DNA of 63,284 nt, filler included, from Hyphochytrium catenoides (taxonomy: Eukaryota; Protista; Hyphochytriomycota), in NCBI GenBank assembly GCA_900088475.1. It is 11 parts of 11 records of this genome, joined end to end, with 100 filler letters (N's around TTAATTAATTAA, not from the genome) between each part and the next. Parts side by side here need not be neighbours in the genome. Positions count along the whole stretch, not along the records: positions 1 to 15,023 come from FLMG01004342.1; positions 15,124 to 35,911 come from FLMG01004075.1; 9 more parts are not named here. The stretch is one strand, 5' to 3'. The number at the start of each line of letters is the position of its first letter. The stretch's first letter is position 1. Under the pieces are notes generated by a model. That model saw only the letters and a program-made list of their open reading frames with translations, ran no database searches and was not told the origin of the DNA. The translations under genes were made by a program, and so were the position numbers. Shown here in pieces: positions 11,690 to 23,796 of the stretch.

Positions 11690-12760
11690 ATGTCGAAGCT
11701 TCGACGCGCCATTTCAACAGTCTCAGAGCTGCGACAGCTCCCTTACCGCAAGAGTTCGACAGACAGCAACGATCCGGCCGGCAGCAGGAGCCGAGGCAGC
11801 AGCTCCGGCAGCGCTTGCAGCCTCCGTAGCAGTGGTGGTTCCGGGGAGGTGGATGGCGAGGACTCTCCTGTATTTCTCGATGAGGAATGGGGGACGCTTA
11901 GCAGTTCTTTCTCCGGCGGCCGCCCGGGAGTCTTGCTGAGTCCATCCAGTAAACACCAAAGCACAATGAGGATTTACTCGCCCGGCTCGGCGGCACTCTC
12001 AGCAGAGAAAGTCTGGGTCTCATCCCCGATGGGCTCGGACCAAGGACGCGGGACTTGGAGCCGCTGCTGCAAGGCTCATGAGTCCCACACCGGGCGACCG
12101 GGTAGTGGAAGCTGCGCGGTGTGCTCATATTGCCCTTCAGATGACGATTCCGACCGCATTCAAGCCTTTCTGATTAGCATCAAGCGCGGGAACACGACAT
12201 GGTACGAGCTCAGAGTCATTCACAGCGGGAAGACTGTGGTCGTATTGCGCCGCTATTCAGAGTTTCGGGAGTTCTACCACCGACTGCTGGAGCTGCCTCC
12301 CGTGGATACCTCCAAGTCAAAGGTTTGTGAGGGCTGTTTCAAGTTCATCAATGAAGTCACTGCTACCTTTCCGCGGCGACGAGTCTTTAGCTCTCAGTCA
12401 AGCTCCTCTCTTGACGAGCGCGCAAAGGAATTTAATGAGTTTCTGGACCGGGCCAATCGTTTCGTCAACCTACACGCCCCCGCCTGCCTCAGTGAGATGA
12501 GCGATAGCATCCGCGCTCTGTATTTTGAGTTTTTGGGAGTCTGTACACCCGCCGATGAAGTGGCTTCAATACAGCGGCCGCGGCTGCTCAGTAGTAGCCA
12601 CGCCTTTATGAACTCTCCGGATGTGAAGAAGCAATTGACCATGACTCTAGCACGGAAGCTCTCACTCTCTGTGCTCAGCCTCTCCCCACGGTCAACGCCG
12701 AACTCCCGCAACTCTTCACCGCGGAGCCAGCGGTCGGGTTCGTGGGGAGTGTCGGCTTAA
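11690..12760 (+). CDS. PX (phox homology) domain protein with Ser-rich disordered flanks, intronless
   Basis: YELRV..VLRRYSEFREFYHRL..FPRRRVF..LDERAKEFNEFL..FEFLG matches the PX consensus; first ATG at 11690. Confidence 0.85.
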   Translation: MSKLRRAISTVSELRQLPYRKSSTDSNDPAGSRSRGSSSGSACSLRSSGGSGEVDGEDSPVFLDEEWGTLSSSFSGGRPGVLLSPSSKHQSTMRIYSPGSAALSAEKVWVSSPMGSDQGRGTWSRCCKAHESHTGRPGSGSCAVCSYCPSDDDSDRIQAFLISIKRGNTTWYELRVIHSGKTVVVLRRYSEFREFYHRLLELPPVDTSKSKVCEGCFKFINEVTATFPRRRVFSSQSSSSLDERAKEFNEFLDRANRFVNLHAPACLSEMSDSIRALYFEFLGVCTPADEVASIQRPRLLSSSHAFMNSPDVKKQLTMTLARKLSLSVLSLSPRSTPNSRNSSPRSQRSGSWGVSA

Positions 12761-13190
12761 ATGTGCTTGCTTGTATTGTGCAATGTACTGTCTTAGCTTA
12801 GCCGTCATCAAAAATAGTCTAAGTTGTTTTCGCTTTTGAAAGTGTGCCGTAAACTCGGCTGCTCAGCCTTTCCGAGCCCTAGCCCACCTCGTCCTCCCGG
12901 CCATGCCCCTTACACTGCAAGGTTGCCTCAGACTGTCTCCTTCTAATCCTCCCTGCGAATGAGTTGATTCGCCCCGCTAGCTCCCGTTAGTTCTAATAGA
13001 CCACTACATTACACGGTTGACTTTCCAATTCATCTGCCTCACAAAAGAACATTTCAACTTCTGGTGGTTGCTAAGAAACCGCAGCGGCTGAATCCAAGTC
13101 CCAGGCATCACCGGTGCTTCTATATTGGCAGGCATCTATCTAGTACGATGGCGTGTCAGCGACGAGGTGCAGCCTAGAGGAGGTTACGGC

Positions 13191-14756
13191 TTATGACGCT
13201 CTCCTCAGCTGGTGTCCATTCCTTGCTAAAGGTGACGTGACCAAAAATGTTGCGCTTCGGGACCCATTTTTCCCTCCAGGGCACTGTGCCTGAAGTCTGA
13301 AATGTTTGGGAGTGTCATGAGCCGCCACCGATGCAATTGGTGTAGTGGAGCTATAGAGACAAGAGAAGCAAAGCTTCCAACAAGGTGCTAACGCCGGTGA
13401 ACAGGTTTGGGCAACCGATAAACAGAAATCAGCAATCTGAAGAAAACAGGCAGATATTAAGAAGTCAATGAACCAGACCTTCGCGACCCCCAGACTCGAT
13501 CGTCCGTCGTTCTCCCATTTATAGACACGTTTCCGCACCTGCTCCGTGTTGGGAAAGCCGCTCCGTATCTCAGGGGTCTCAAAAGCGCTACGCCGAGTTG
13601 AGAACGTACCAGCAACGGGCGGGAGGTCAGTGGCCAGAGTGCTCAAGGCAAATTCGAAGTCACGAACAGAAAGATTCAAGGTAAAGCCGATAAGAGTCCT
13701 TTTTATAGTATGGTTCAGCTAAAAGTGCCGATGCGGGTAACGTGGGATAGAACGGGAAGAACAAGTCAAGGTAACCTACCTCCTGGACCGCTTGTGCGTG
13801 AGGACTACGTCGCGAGCAAGCCTGGTAGAGTTCTCCTCATATATTAGTCTCACGGACCGGCCGGTCAGCTTTTCAAGCCGCAGCAACTCGGTTCTACCGT
13901 CTGTGTCTTTGAACGCAGAGTCCCAGCGCATTTTCACATGCTCCGCATCCCTATATCGTGTAGCACATGCAAGAAGGGAAGAGGGAGAAAAACAAAGATT
14001 AAGCGAACTTCGGTGAGGATGCAAAGCTGCCATATTCAAAAATACTAGGGTAGAGAAAGAGTTACAAGTTTAGCTGTCCACATAGTGGCGAGCGAGGACT
14101 CTTAAGTACCGATTAGGCAGCAGCTGAGCGATTTGAGTCCATTCATCCGGTAGCTGGAAGTGCGCTGCAAGAAGGATCTGGTCCTCCTGGGCCGACCAGG
14201 GTGACTTAGAGGCAGGAGAGAGGTGCTTCTGCCACCTGCCAGGGATTTTGATCTCGATGAGCCTTAATAAGTCTTGAGAGGGCTGACAAGACGTGTCGTA
14301 GGATCCAACCAAAGAGAAGGAGAAGGCGAGAGAAGAAAACTCGGCAGAGAAAGCTCGAATGGCGCTATAGAGATAGATATTACGCCAGACTACTGGCCGG
14401 TGATTTGGAAGGGAGGACCAAGGGGTCGAATGGCGAGGGGAGGAAAAGAGACAGAGTGGGCCTGACAATACCTGTTCTTGCAATCTTCAGGAGTTCTGTC
14501 TCTCATTCTGATGGCGATCGTGACCCAGTCCAGGACCGTGGAGCCCATCACTGCTGCTGACAGCCGCACATCATCCTTCACATCGGCAGTACGTTAGTTC
14601 CACCGAGAAAGCCCCCAATGGATCAACGCAGGATCTGACCTCAGGCGTCCAAGCGAGCCCAATCGTTTGTCCAACGGGTTCCCCATTGGACGTGGCTGTC
14701 TCTTGTCCCTCAGCAGCTCCCTCCAGCTGAAGCTCGGGGCCAAGTACTTCGTCCAT
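13191..14756 (-). CDS. Two-repeat Myb/SANT transcription factor, multi-exon; 3' end uncertain
   Basis: Spliced WTPE|DDVRL..DWVTIAIRMRDRTPEDCKNR|WQKHLSP..PWSAQEDQILL..EWTQIAQLLPNR|DAEHVKMRW shows the regularly spaced Trp of two Myb repeats. Confidence 0.85.
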
Positions 14757-14988
14757 CGTCTGGGAGCCAGCCTGGCCGCCTGCTGCTGCTGTTGCAATCG
14801 CTACAGAGTATAGCAAACCCTTTCCGCTTACCTCCCCATGATTGACATCAGGACTATGCAAGCGACTGGCGTATTGTCAGGACTTAGAAGGCATAAGGTC
14901 AAAAGGCATAACAGACTCCAAGTGCGGCACACCAGATGATAGAGCTCTCTCTGTTGGCGTTTCTCCCCCCGTCTCCTCTCTCTCTCTC

Positions 14989-15023
<35 letters not shown>

Positions 15024-15123
15024 NNNNNNNNNNNNNNNNNNNNNNNNNNNNNNNNNNNNNNNNNNNNTTAATTAATTAANNNNNNNNNNNNNNNNNNNNN
15101 NNNNNNNNNNNNNNNNNNNNNNN
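15024..15123. other. Artificial contig spacer; identical copies at 35912-36011, 44224-44323, 45731-45830, 48063-48162, 50205-50304, 53961-54060, 55649-55748, 57930-58029, 59474-59573
   Basis: Each is exactly 44 N + TTAATTAATTAA (stops in all six frames) + 44 N. Confidence 0.98.
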
Positions 15124-15474
15124 TCTCCCTCTCTCTCTCCCCTCTTCTCTCGTCGTACATAGTAGCTTTCCATCTCCTCGCTCTCATTCCGCGCCGCTCC
15201 TCCCGACAACTGTCTCTCTCCCTCTCATCCTCCATCAGGGCTGCCCTTCTTCCGCCGCCTCACTCCCGTATCACTTGGCTCCTCGTCTTCTTTACATCCC
15301 TTATTATTCTTAGCTGCTTCTCTCTCTCTGGCTCTCTTCTTTCTCTCCCCTTTAGCTCTCCTCGTGGTGTCTCTCTCTTTCTTTCATGTCTCTTCTCTCT
15401 ATCACCTCTCTTCCTCTACTACTTTCTTGTGTTACTATCTTGGCATTGTTTTCTTGTCCCTCCCTCCTTCCTTT

Positions 15475-15528
<54 letters not shown>

Positions 15529-15842
15529 TGCTAGTCACAAGAGGAATACGATCAAATGCTGCTTTGACAGGTACAAGCAAAACGGTCGCGTCAAACCCAC
15601 GCATCGTTCCCTCCATAGAATAAACCTTACAACTGATGTTGTGGGAGTGTAACCCCCACAGAGTGGGGGAGACCGCCTCCCCCGTGCTTCCTTCTCTCTC
15701 TCTTCCTTTACCTCTTCTCTCTCTCTCCTCTTTTTCTGGATCAGTAGAATTGCCTCTCCCCCGCCGACGAAGAGCTGTTCTATGAGGTTTCTAGATATAA
15801 GAAGAGATGCCCCTTGATGATTGACATGTGGTGGGCTGGAGG

Positions 15843-15889
<47 letters not shown>

Positions 15890-16122
15890 GTCTCTGTCTC
15901 TCTCTGTCTCTCTCTCTGTCTCTCGCTCTCTTTCTCCCTCTACCCCCTCCCCCCTTCTCTCTCTCTCTCTGTCTTTGTGCCTGTCTGTCGGTCTCTCTCT
16001 CGCTGTGTGTGTCTCTCTCTAGGTCTCCCTCACTGTCACGCTGTCCCTTTGTCTCTCTCATTTTCTCTCTCTCTCCTCTCTCTCTCTCTTTCTTCCTTTC
16101 TCTCTCTCTCTGTTCTTCCTGC

Positions 16123-16157
<35 letters not shown>

Positions 16158-16530
16158 ACACACACACATCTCTCCTCTCTCTCTCTCCTCTTACTTCTCT
16201 CTCTCCCCTTCTTTTCTCTCTCTTCATCTTTACCTTCATCCAGTCTTTTCTCATCCTCTCCTTCTCTCTCTAGGATGTCTCTTCAATCTCTCTCTTTTTT
16301 CTCTGTAATCTGTTTCTTCCTGCCTTTATCTCAATGTTCTTAACCCTTTCTTTTCTCTCTTCTTTCTCCTCTCTCCTCCTCCTCTCACGCCCCTCGATCT
16401 CAAACTCTCTCTCCCCCTCTCTCCCTCTCAGCCTCACTCTCTCTCTCTCTCCCAGCCTCACTCTCTCTTCTTCTGTCTCATTCTTCTTCCTTCCTCTCGC
16501 TGTAGCGCCCCCCCTTTTTCCTTTTTCCTT

Positions 16531-16561
<31 letters not shown>

Positions 16562-18512
16562 NNNNNNNNNNNNNNNNNNNNNNNNNTCTCTCTCTCTCTC
16601 TCGCTTTCTCTTGCTCTTTTCTCTTTCTTCTCCCTCTCTCAATCGCTATTCTTCTAACTTTCTTCTTGATCACTCTCTTGTTCTTCTCTTTTCCTTCTTT
16701 TCTCTCTCTCTCTCTCCTCTTCCTTTCTCTCTCTCTCTCTTTCACTATTTCTTTCTTGATCCCCGCCCACTTTCTCTTCGTTATCTTCCAAAAGAGAGAG
16801 ACGAAGAGAAAAAGAGAAGACAGATGGAGATAAATAAAGGAATGAAAGTAAACGCCCTTTCCTTAACAGGGAAGACAATATCAGGAGAAAAGAGAGGTTA
16901 AGAGAGAAAAAAAAAGCGACATGGGAAAGAGAAGAGACGAAAGAGAAGAGACGAAAGAGAAGAGACGAATAGAAGAGAAGGGAGAGAAGAACGAGAAGAG
17001 AAGAGAACAAAAGAGATGGGCAAAGTAGAAAAAGACGAGAGAAAGAAGAGGAGATGGAGGATCGGGGAGGGAGAGAGGAGAAAAGAGAGAGAAAAGGCCA
17101 CGATGAGAAAGAAGAAAAAAAAGAAAGGGACAAGAAGAAGAAGAAGAAGACGAGAGAAGAGAGACAGCAAACAGACAGAGGAAAAATAGAAAAGGAGAAA
17201 GCGAAAGGAATAATTAGCAGGAGTAAGACGAAAGGAAGAGACGGAAACGAAGGAAAGAGAAGGTCCAAAGGTAGAATAAGAGAGAGGAAAGAAGAGAGAA
17301 AGACAAGCAAGAGACGAAGTAATAAAGAGAGAGAGGAAAGGATGATAGAAGGAGAAGATCACTATGAAGAGAAGAAACAGAGGGAAAGTGAGAGGAGAGA
17401 GAGAGGAACAGAAAGAACAAGCAATAAACAACGACCTCTTGGCCTTTCCCGAGGATTGAGAGAGAAAGAGAGAGAGAGAGACAGGGGAGATAGACAGAGT
17501 AGGGTGGCAAAGGGTCGAAGAGAAGAGACAGAACAAGAGAGAGAGAAGAATGTGGGGAGAGAGAGAAAGGGGACAAGACCACGTGAAAAGAGAGTGAAGA
17601 AGCTCCATGTTTATTACTCCGGAGATATTGCACTGACAGAAAAGAAAAGGACAATTTTAAGAAGGAGAGAGAGAGAGAGGGGGGGAGAGNNNNNNNNNNN
17701 NNNNNNNNNNNNNNNNNNNNGAGAGAGAGAGAGAGCGAGAGAGCGAGAGAGCGAGCGAGAGAGAGAGAGAGCGAGAGAGAGAGAGAGCGAGAGAGAGAGA
17801 GACAAGAGACACAAGGAACAAAAAAGAGAGACACAGAGAGAGAGAGAGAGAGAAAAAGGGAGAGAGGAGGAAGGAGGATACAGTCGTTGTCAGGGAAGAA
17901 AGAAGAGAAATGATGAAGAAACACCGCCATACCTCTTACTAGAGTCCGAGGCGGCGAAGGCAGATGCGAGTCGGCATCATGCAATGTGAAGAGCCTCTTC
18001 TTCTTGAATCTCGCTCTCGCTCTCTTTCTTTCTCTCTCTCTCTCTCTCCGTCTCTTTCTTCTCTCTCTCCGTCTCTTTCTTCTCTCTCTCTCCTCTCTCT
18101 CTCTTTCTCGCTCTCTTTGTCCTCTCATCTCTCTCTCCCTTACCTTCTCTCTTTCCCACTCTCCCTTTTCTTTCCTTCTGGTCTTTTCCTCTTAGAGCTT
18201 CCTTTGCCAGAAGAGGTAGCAGCGGCAGCAGTGGAAAGAAGGAGATGTTGTCTTTGTGTTTGACCACCAGGATTTCTCTGAATATATTTGTTAAATTTTA
18301 GCAACTGCTTCGACCGTGGAACTCTTTCTCTCTCCTTTTCTTCTCTTCTCTTCTCTCTCTCTCATTNCCCCCTTATAGTTCTCTTCTCTCCCTCGCTTCT
18401 CTTCAATTTTCCTCTCTCTCTCTCTCTCTCTAGTTTTTCTCCTCATGTCTCTGCCTCCATCTCTCCTCAAGCAGAAGCTTGCACTTGTTCTGTTGCCTCT
18501 CCGGTCAAGCTC

Positions 18513-18555
<43 letters not shown>

Positions 18556-19207
18556 GACATGTACAATAGAGGAGGAGAGAGAAAAGGAGGAAGTCAGAAA
18601 GAGAGAGACAACAGAAAGGAGCGAGCGGGAAGAACGTGGTGGGGAGGGAGAGAGAAGAGAGAGAGAGAGAGAGGGAAAAAATCGGGAGAGGAGAGGCAGA
18701 AATAATAGATACATTTGAGAGAGAGAAGGACAGAGAGATGGAGGAGGACAGAGAAACAGGTTCTAGAGGACGGAGATCGTTGATGAATAATATACCGAGA
18801 GGCAGTGTACCTTGGAGGAGCTAATAGAGAGAGAAAAGAAAGAGAGAGAGAGAAAGAGAGGGAGCGACAGAGAGAAAGAAAGGAGAGAGAGAGAGGAGAG
18901 AGAGAAAGAGAGACAGAGAGAGAGAGATAGAGAGAGAAGGTGGAGAGAGAAAGAGAGAGAGAGAGATCTTCTACAGTGGATGCAAAGGTGAAGAAGAGAG
19001 ATTATCGTGGTCAGAAGAAGAAGAAGAAGAGAAAAGGATGATCTGTTGGCAGTGCTCCTTAATTTTAGAGCTGCGTGGTGGGCGGTGAGAGGCAAGGATT
19101 ATTGATACGAGAAGGGAAGAGATGAAGAACACTTCGGTTTAGCCTACAGTAGACAATCGTTACCAACAGAGATGGCGAGTAACAACACAGAGAGAGAGAG
19201 AAAGAGA

Positions 19208-19249
<42 letters not shown>

Positions 19250-20003
19250 TCAGGACAGAGAGGAGAAGAAGATAAGAGGAAGCAACGTGGAAAACCCAAG
19301 AGAGGAGAGAGTGTGTGTGTAAGAGTGACAGAAAGATCCATAGAGAGAGCGAGAGAGAGAGAGAGAGATAGGGGAGAGAGAGGACATGAGGTGAGGTAGA
19401 ATTGAAGAGGATTGAGCAGTGGACCAACAACAGGGAAGGGAGCCCAACTCTGAAGGAAGAAGAGACACAACAAACAGTGGTGGGCAAGTAAAACGTGATT
19501 GCCCCTCTGTTGCAACTCCTTTCTCCCTTCTTCTTCTCTCCCCTACTAGCCATAGAAAGAGTGAACAAACGCAAAGAGGAAGAAAGTCAGCTAGCGAGTG
19601 TTGCGGACGCGCAGGGTAGTTTCGCGTCTCTCTCTCTCTCCCAACTCTCTCTCCCGGCTCCCGGCTCTTCTCTCTCTCATTAGGTTATCGGGGTAGTCGT
19701 ACCGGTGCTGCCTCTGACTCATCTGCTGCCGCCACCACAGCGGAGAAAAGCCCATGGTAATTGTTTTCTCTCTCTCTGTTATTCTCTCCTGTTTCTCTCC
19801 CTCACTTTCTCCCTGCCCTCTCTCTCTCTTTCTCTCTCCTTCCCTCTCTCCTTTTCTCTCTCTCGTACCCTCTCTCTATCCCCTCCTCTCTCTCTCTCAC
19901 TCTCTCTCTCATTCTCTCTTTCTCTCATTCTCATTCTCTCTCTCTCTCTCATCACATTCTCTCTCTCTCTCATTCTCTCTCTCATTCTCTCTCTCATTCT
20001 CTC

Positions 20004-20051
<48 letters not shown>

Positions 20052-20338
20052 GTGGCCGGTACACTGATCTCCCTGGACAGCAGTTGCACACCGTGGAAGG
20101 GTCGTTACTAACTCCTCCGTCATTCCGATATCGAATACCATCCAGCTAGTCATACGGGTAAGGAATAATGCATTTCCTGTTCTTAATCCAAAGAACAAAG
20201 AAACCTCCCCCAGGAGTGACTGCCTGATTTTAGGGATGAGTTTCAGGTGACTGTGACGTTTTATCTGAAGATCCTCGGCTCCGTTGCGACTGTGCAATGT
20301 CGCTTTCTCTTCTCCCTTTCTCTCTCTTCCCTGGGTCT

Positions 20339-20380
<42 letters not shown>

Positions 20381-20700
20381 TCAGACGCAGCGCTATATAT
20401 GCTACCCAAGCCGTTCTGTCTCAACCTCGTGATGCTCTCTCTCCCCTGTCTCGGTTTCGGTCTTACCTCTGGAGGAGTTGCACTGTTCGGTCTCTCTTGC
20501 CCAAGTGATACGTTCAGCCTACCGCTAACATTCCGTCCTTTGGTGCTTGGACCTTCCTCTCTCTCTCTCCTGAGGTGCTCTCTACTATCACCAGCTCTAT
20601 CTTTCCACCGTCTGTCTGTCCTTAAGATGTCTCTGGCCTTGCAGAAGGGTGGGAGAGAGAGAGAGAGAACAAGGACTCCATGCACGCTGCACTGATGGGC
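15124..20700. repeat. (CT)n/(GA)n microsatellite and low-complexity region
   Basis: Perfect and degenerate dinucleotide tracts in alternating pyrimidine and purine blocks; ORFs translate as poly-LS or poly-ER. Confidence 0.95.
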
Positions 20701-20951
20701 TGCTGGAGAGAAAGAGGAGAGAGATTTGACACCTATGCCCTCTTCTCTCTCTTCTGTCTCCTCCCCATGTCCAAAGCCCCGATGCCAACAGAAAACAGAA
20801 AGGCTCCTTCTCTCCCCAGCCGCACGGTCCACTCTCCTCTCACAATATAATCGGCTCTCTCCTAGCATTTTCCTCCGTCACTCATTTGCACCTAGCAATC
20901 AATAGATAAGCCAGCTTTTCAAGCACAGACCATCAACATTCACACAGAACC

Positions 20952-21392
20952 ATGGGCGGCGGTGTCTCTCGCGATGTCTTCCACGTTGGAAAGGAGAAGT
21001 TTGAGGAGCTGAAGAAGGAAGGAAAGAGCGAAGAAGAGATTTACACTGAGCTCGTCGCTTTCCTCGAGTCCAAGGGCGTCAAGCTGCAGGATGGCGTACC
21101 AGTTGCAGGAGAGAGCCACGCACATACGGAAGCTCCTGCTCACTCTTCTGAAGCCCCAGCAGCAGAAGCAGCACACCAGGAGGCACACCATGAGGCGCCA
21201 GCAGAGCATCATCATGCCGAGACGCACGCAGCAGAGCCAGCTCCTCATGCTGCTGGGGCATCCAACGAGCACCACACAGAGGCTCAGAATGACGCTGCAG
21301 CCCACGCTCCTGCTGCTGAGAAGACTGCAGAGCACCATGAGGCTCCAGCTGTAGAGCACAGCGCTGCTGAGGTTGTCTCTCCTGCTCAGTAA
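20952..21392 (+). CDS. Small intronless His/Ala/Glu-rich protein with an N-myristoylation-type start (MGGGVS)
   Basis: Clean 146-aa ORF with biased codons (GAG, AAG, CAC, GCT), good ATG context (AACCATGG), a TATA-like CAATATAAT about 105 bp upstream, and non-microsatellite sequence inside a repeat-rich region. Confidence 0.85.
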   Translation: MGGGVSRDVFHVGKEKFEELKKEGKSEEEIYTELVAFLESKGVKLQDGVPVAGESHAHTEAPAHSSEAPAAEAAHQEAHHEAPAEHHHAETHAAEPAPHAAGASNEHHTEAQNDAAAHAPAAEKTAEHHEAPAVEHSAAEVVSPAQ

Positions 21393-22365
21393 AGGAGCTA
21401 GAGCACTGGACCACAGAGAGAGTGAGCGAGGAACTGATATTCTCTCTCTCTCTCTCTCGTAGACCGGTGGACAGCGCATAGGTTGTACTTTCTTTCCTTC
21501 CCTAGACTGAAGGGAAAAAAGGAGAAGCGTGGAGGAGGAACACTTTGTCCTTCATCACGCGCCTCTCTCAGCCTTATCCTGTCCTTAGTTTAGCAGTAGT
21601 TCCTCTCTTCTTCCTCCCTCTTTCCCTAGGACAGACGTTCCGGCCGCAGTGTGACTCCTAGCACTGTTCCCTAATCTCTTCCCAATACTATAAAAGAAAT
21701 CACTCTCAACCAATCCATACATTTAGCATTCTCTTCTTTTTATAATAAGGGCGAGCGAGCAGGGTAACGAGGGTTACGGACGGGCAAGGGGAGAGAGAGA
21801 GAGAGAGAGACATAGAAAGACGGATGAACAGAAAAAGATAGAGAGCGATAGAAAAATGGATGGGGCAAGAGGGAGAGAGAGAGCGCGATAGAAAGATGGA
21901 TGGATAGCGAGAGAAAGAGTTTGCGAGATGAGGAACGCATACAAGAAGAAAAAGTGTTTGGCGGAGAGAAAAAAGAGGACAAAGGCTATGACTCTATCAG
22001 AAGCTCTAGTTCTCGCAGAGACAAGAACAGTGAAGGGCATATCTTTAGGCCGAGAGAAGGAGAGAGATCGATAGGGAAAGAGGGCTCTCCGCTACGTGGC
22101 AGAAAAGTTGTCCAACTATATAACAAAGACACCCCAGTCCTCTGTCCAGAATGCGACGCCAACCAAGAGAGAAAGGCGGAGAGAGAGAAAGAGAGAGAGA
22201 GAGAGGCAGATTGGACTGGTAACTGGATGGAGGAGAAGAGGGAGAATGATGTCACTTTCAAGAGGAAGCAGGGCAAGAGAGGGCAAGTAGACAACCTACC
22301 AAAAGGAGAGAGCACTGAGANNNNNNNNNNNNNNNNNNNNNNNNNNNNNNNNNNCTCGCAGGGCC

Positions 22366-22949
22366 TTAGGACTGGTCTGCGTCCTTCTTCTCAACATTCT
22401 CGCTCTCCTGCTGCTCACTCTCCTGCTGCGCTTGATATGCTTGTTCTCTCTCCTTTCTTGCCCGAGATCTCTCTGCAAAGACAACCTTGATCCTAGCCAT
22501 AGATTTCCTTACCTAGAAGAAGTAAGGGAAGGTTCAGACTTGGTCAAAAAGACACGCGATGACAGCAGCGAGTGACAACAGGCTACCATCGGGTCCGGTC
22601 TCTTACCAGTCGTTTCCTAGTTGGATATTCCATGTTTAGATTCAGAGTCCTAGCCTCTGCGTCCTCCGCAAGAAGAGCATTGCGCTCTTTAAGCAACACG
22701 AACCAAAGCTTGTGCAGATCATCGTCACTCTTAAGACGTAGCTGTGCTGCAGTCCATGCTTCACCTACAGCGATGATTAGAGTTGGAAAGGCCCACATGT
22801 ACACGCGGCTTGAGCTTCTACTTACCAAACACTACGGGGTCTCCCGGCTTCCGTCTCGGATAAATCAACTCTTCTAACTCTTTGGATCGAGCAGGCAGCC
22901 GCGGTGCCGCCCTTGTGGCTCTGGAGAACGCTGCCCTTAAGGCATTCAT
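22366..22949 (-). CDS. MRPL47: Mitochondrial ribosomal protein L47 (uL29m), 3 exons
   Basis: Arg/Ala-rich presequence [17 protein letters not shown], then [32 protein letters not shown] and [15 protein letters not shown]; GT-AG introns. Confidence 0.93.
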
Positions 22950-23796
22950 CTTCTACGACAGCCCCTAATCTGAACACTACGCCACAAGATAGCGGTGCAA
23001 GTCTACTAGTAGTTGCAGATAAGAGCTGATAGAGCCTTCAAGCAGGTACCGACAATGGCGAAGAAGGTGCTCCCAAAGCTCCATCAAAAAGCTTCAGAAA
23101 GCCCGTCTGCAACAAGCTTCAGAAAAGTTAGCGGCTTCCCTTCCATCCGCCCACCAAGCTCTCCCCAAAATTGATAACCATAATCTAATAACCGGCATTT
23201 ACAATTTAATCAGTAATCAAAATAGAGTAATCAATCGGTTTTGGGTTTCAACTGTTCCTGTCAAGAAGCCATGGGAGGATACCGTATTATTACTTCCCAT
23301 AATTCTAAGTGTCACCCTTGGATCTGCAACCTATTATTAAGGGTGATTGGTCAGCATCTCAACAACCGACAACTGAAGACCAAAAAGGAAACCAAAGCTT
23401 TGCAGACATAAAGCGCAGAGGCGGAGGAGCATGGAAAAGCTATGAATTATTAAGAAAGAAAGGCAGAGAAGAGAAGAGGAGACCCGTGACAGAGACTTTG
23501 TATGAGAAGTCAGAGGTGAAGGTCGTGGATGAACTGATCAGGTCTGGTAAGGGTTGACTGACGACAGAGCACGGCAGAAGAGCGGCGATATAAAGTCTTT
23601 GGCCACGTGGCTCCTCCATCCGTGGGCTCAGCCACACAATAGCGACCTGGGCACTTTCTGATCTGTTATCGTCAAGTGAAGAAGCCGCTCCTCCATTTGT
23701 CACTGCTGGGCCCGAAGTAATCTGGCGCCGTTGCATCTTGCTGCCTCTACTTGTTACCTCCTCCGCTGTCCTTTTGCATTGAAGCTTACGCTAACC

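Noticed and set aside
15650-15690. CCCCCAC-AGA-GTGGGGG hairpin as an ncRNA or terminator
   Set aside because: An isolated stem with no tRNA, snRNA or snoRNA features.
15386-20695. Dozens of long poly-LS and poly-ER ORFs (for example 17054-17989 and 17214-18128)
   Set aside because: Translation artefacts of (CT)n/(GA)n DNA, which lacks stop codons.
23085-23125. Heat-shock elements in TTCAGAA motifs
   Set aside because: Spacing is TTC-n-GAA rather than TTC-nn-GAA, and there are not three alternating units.
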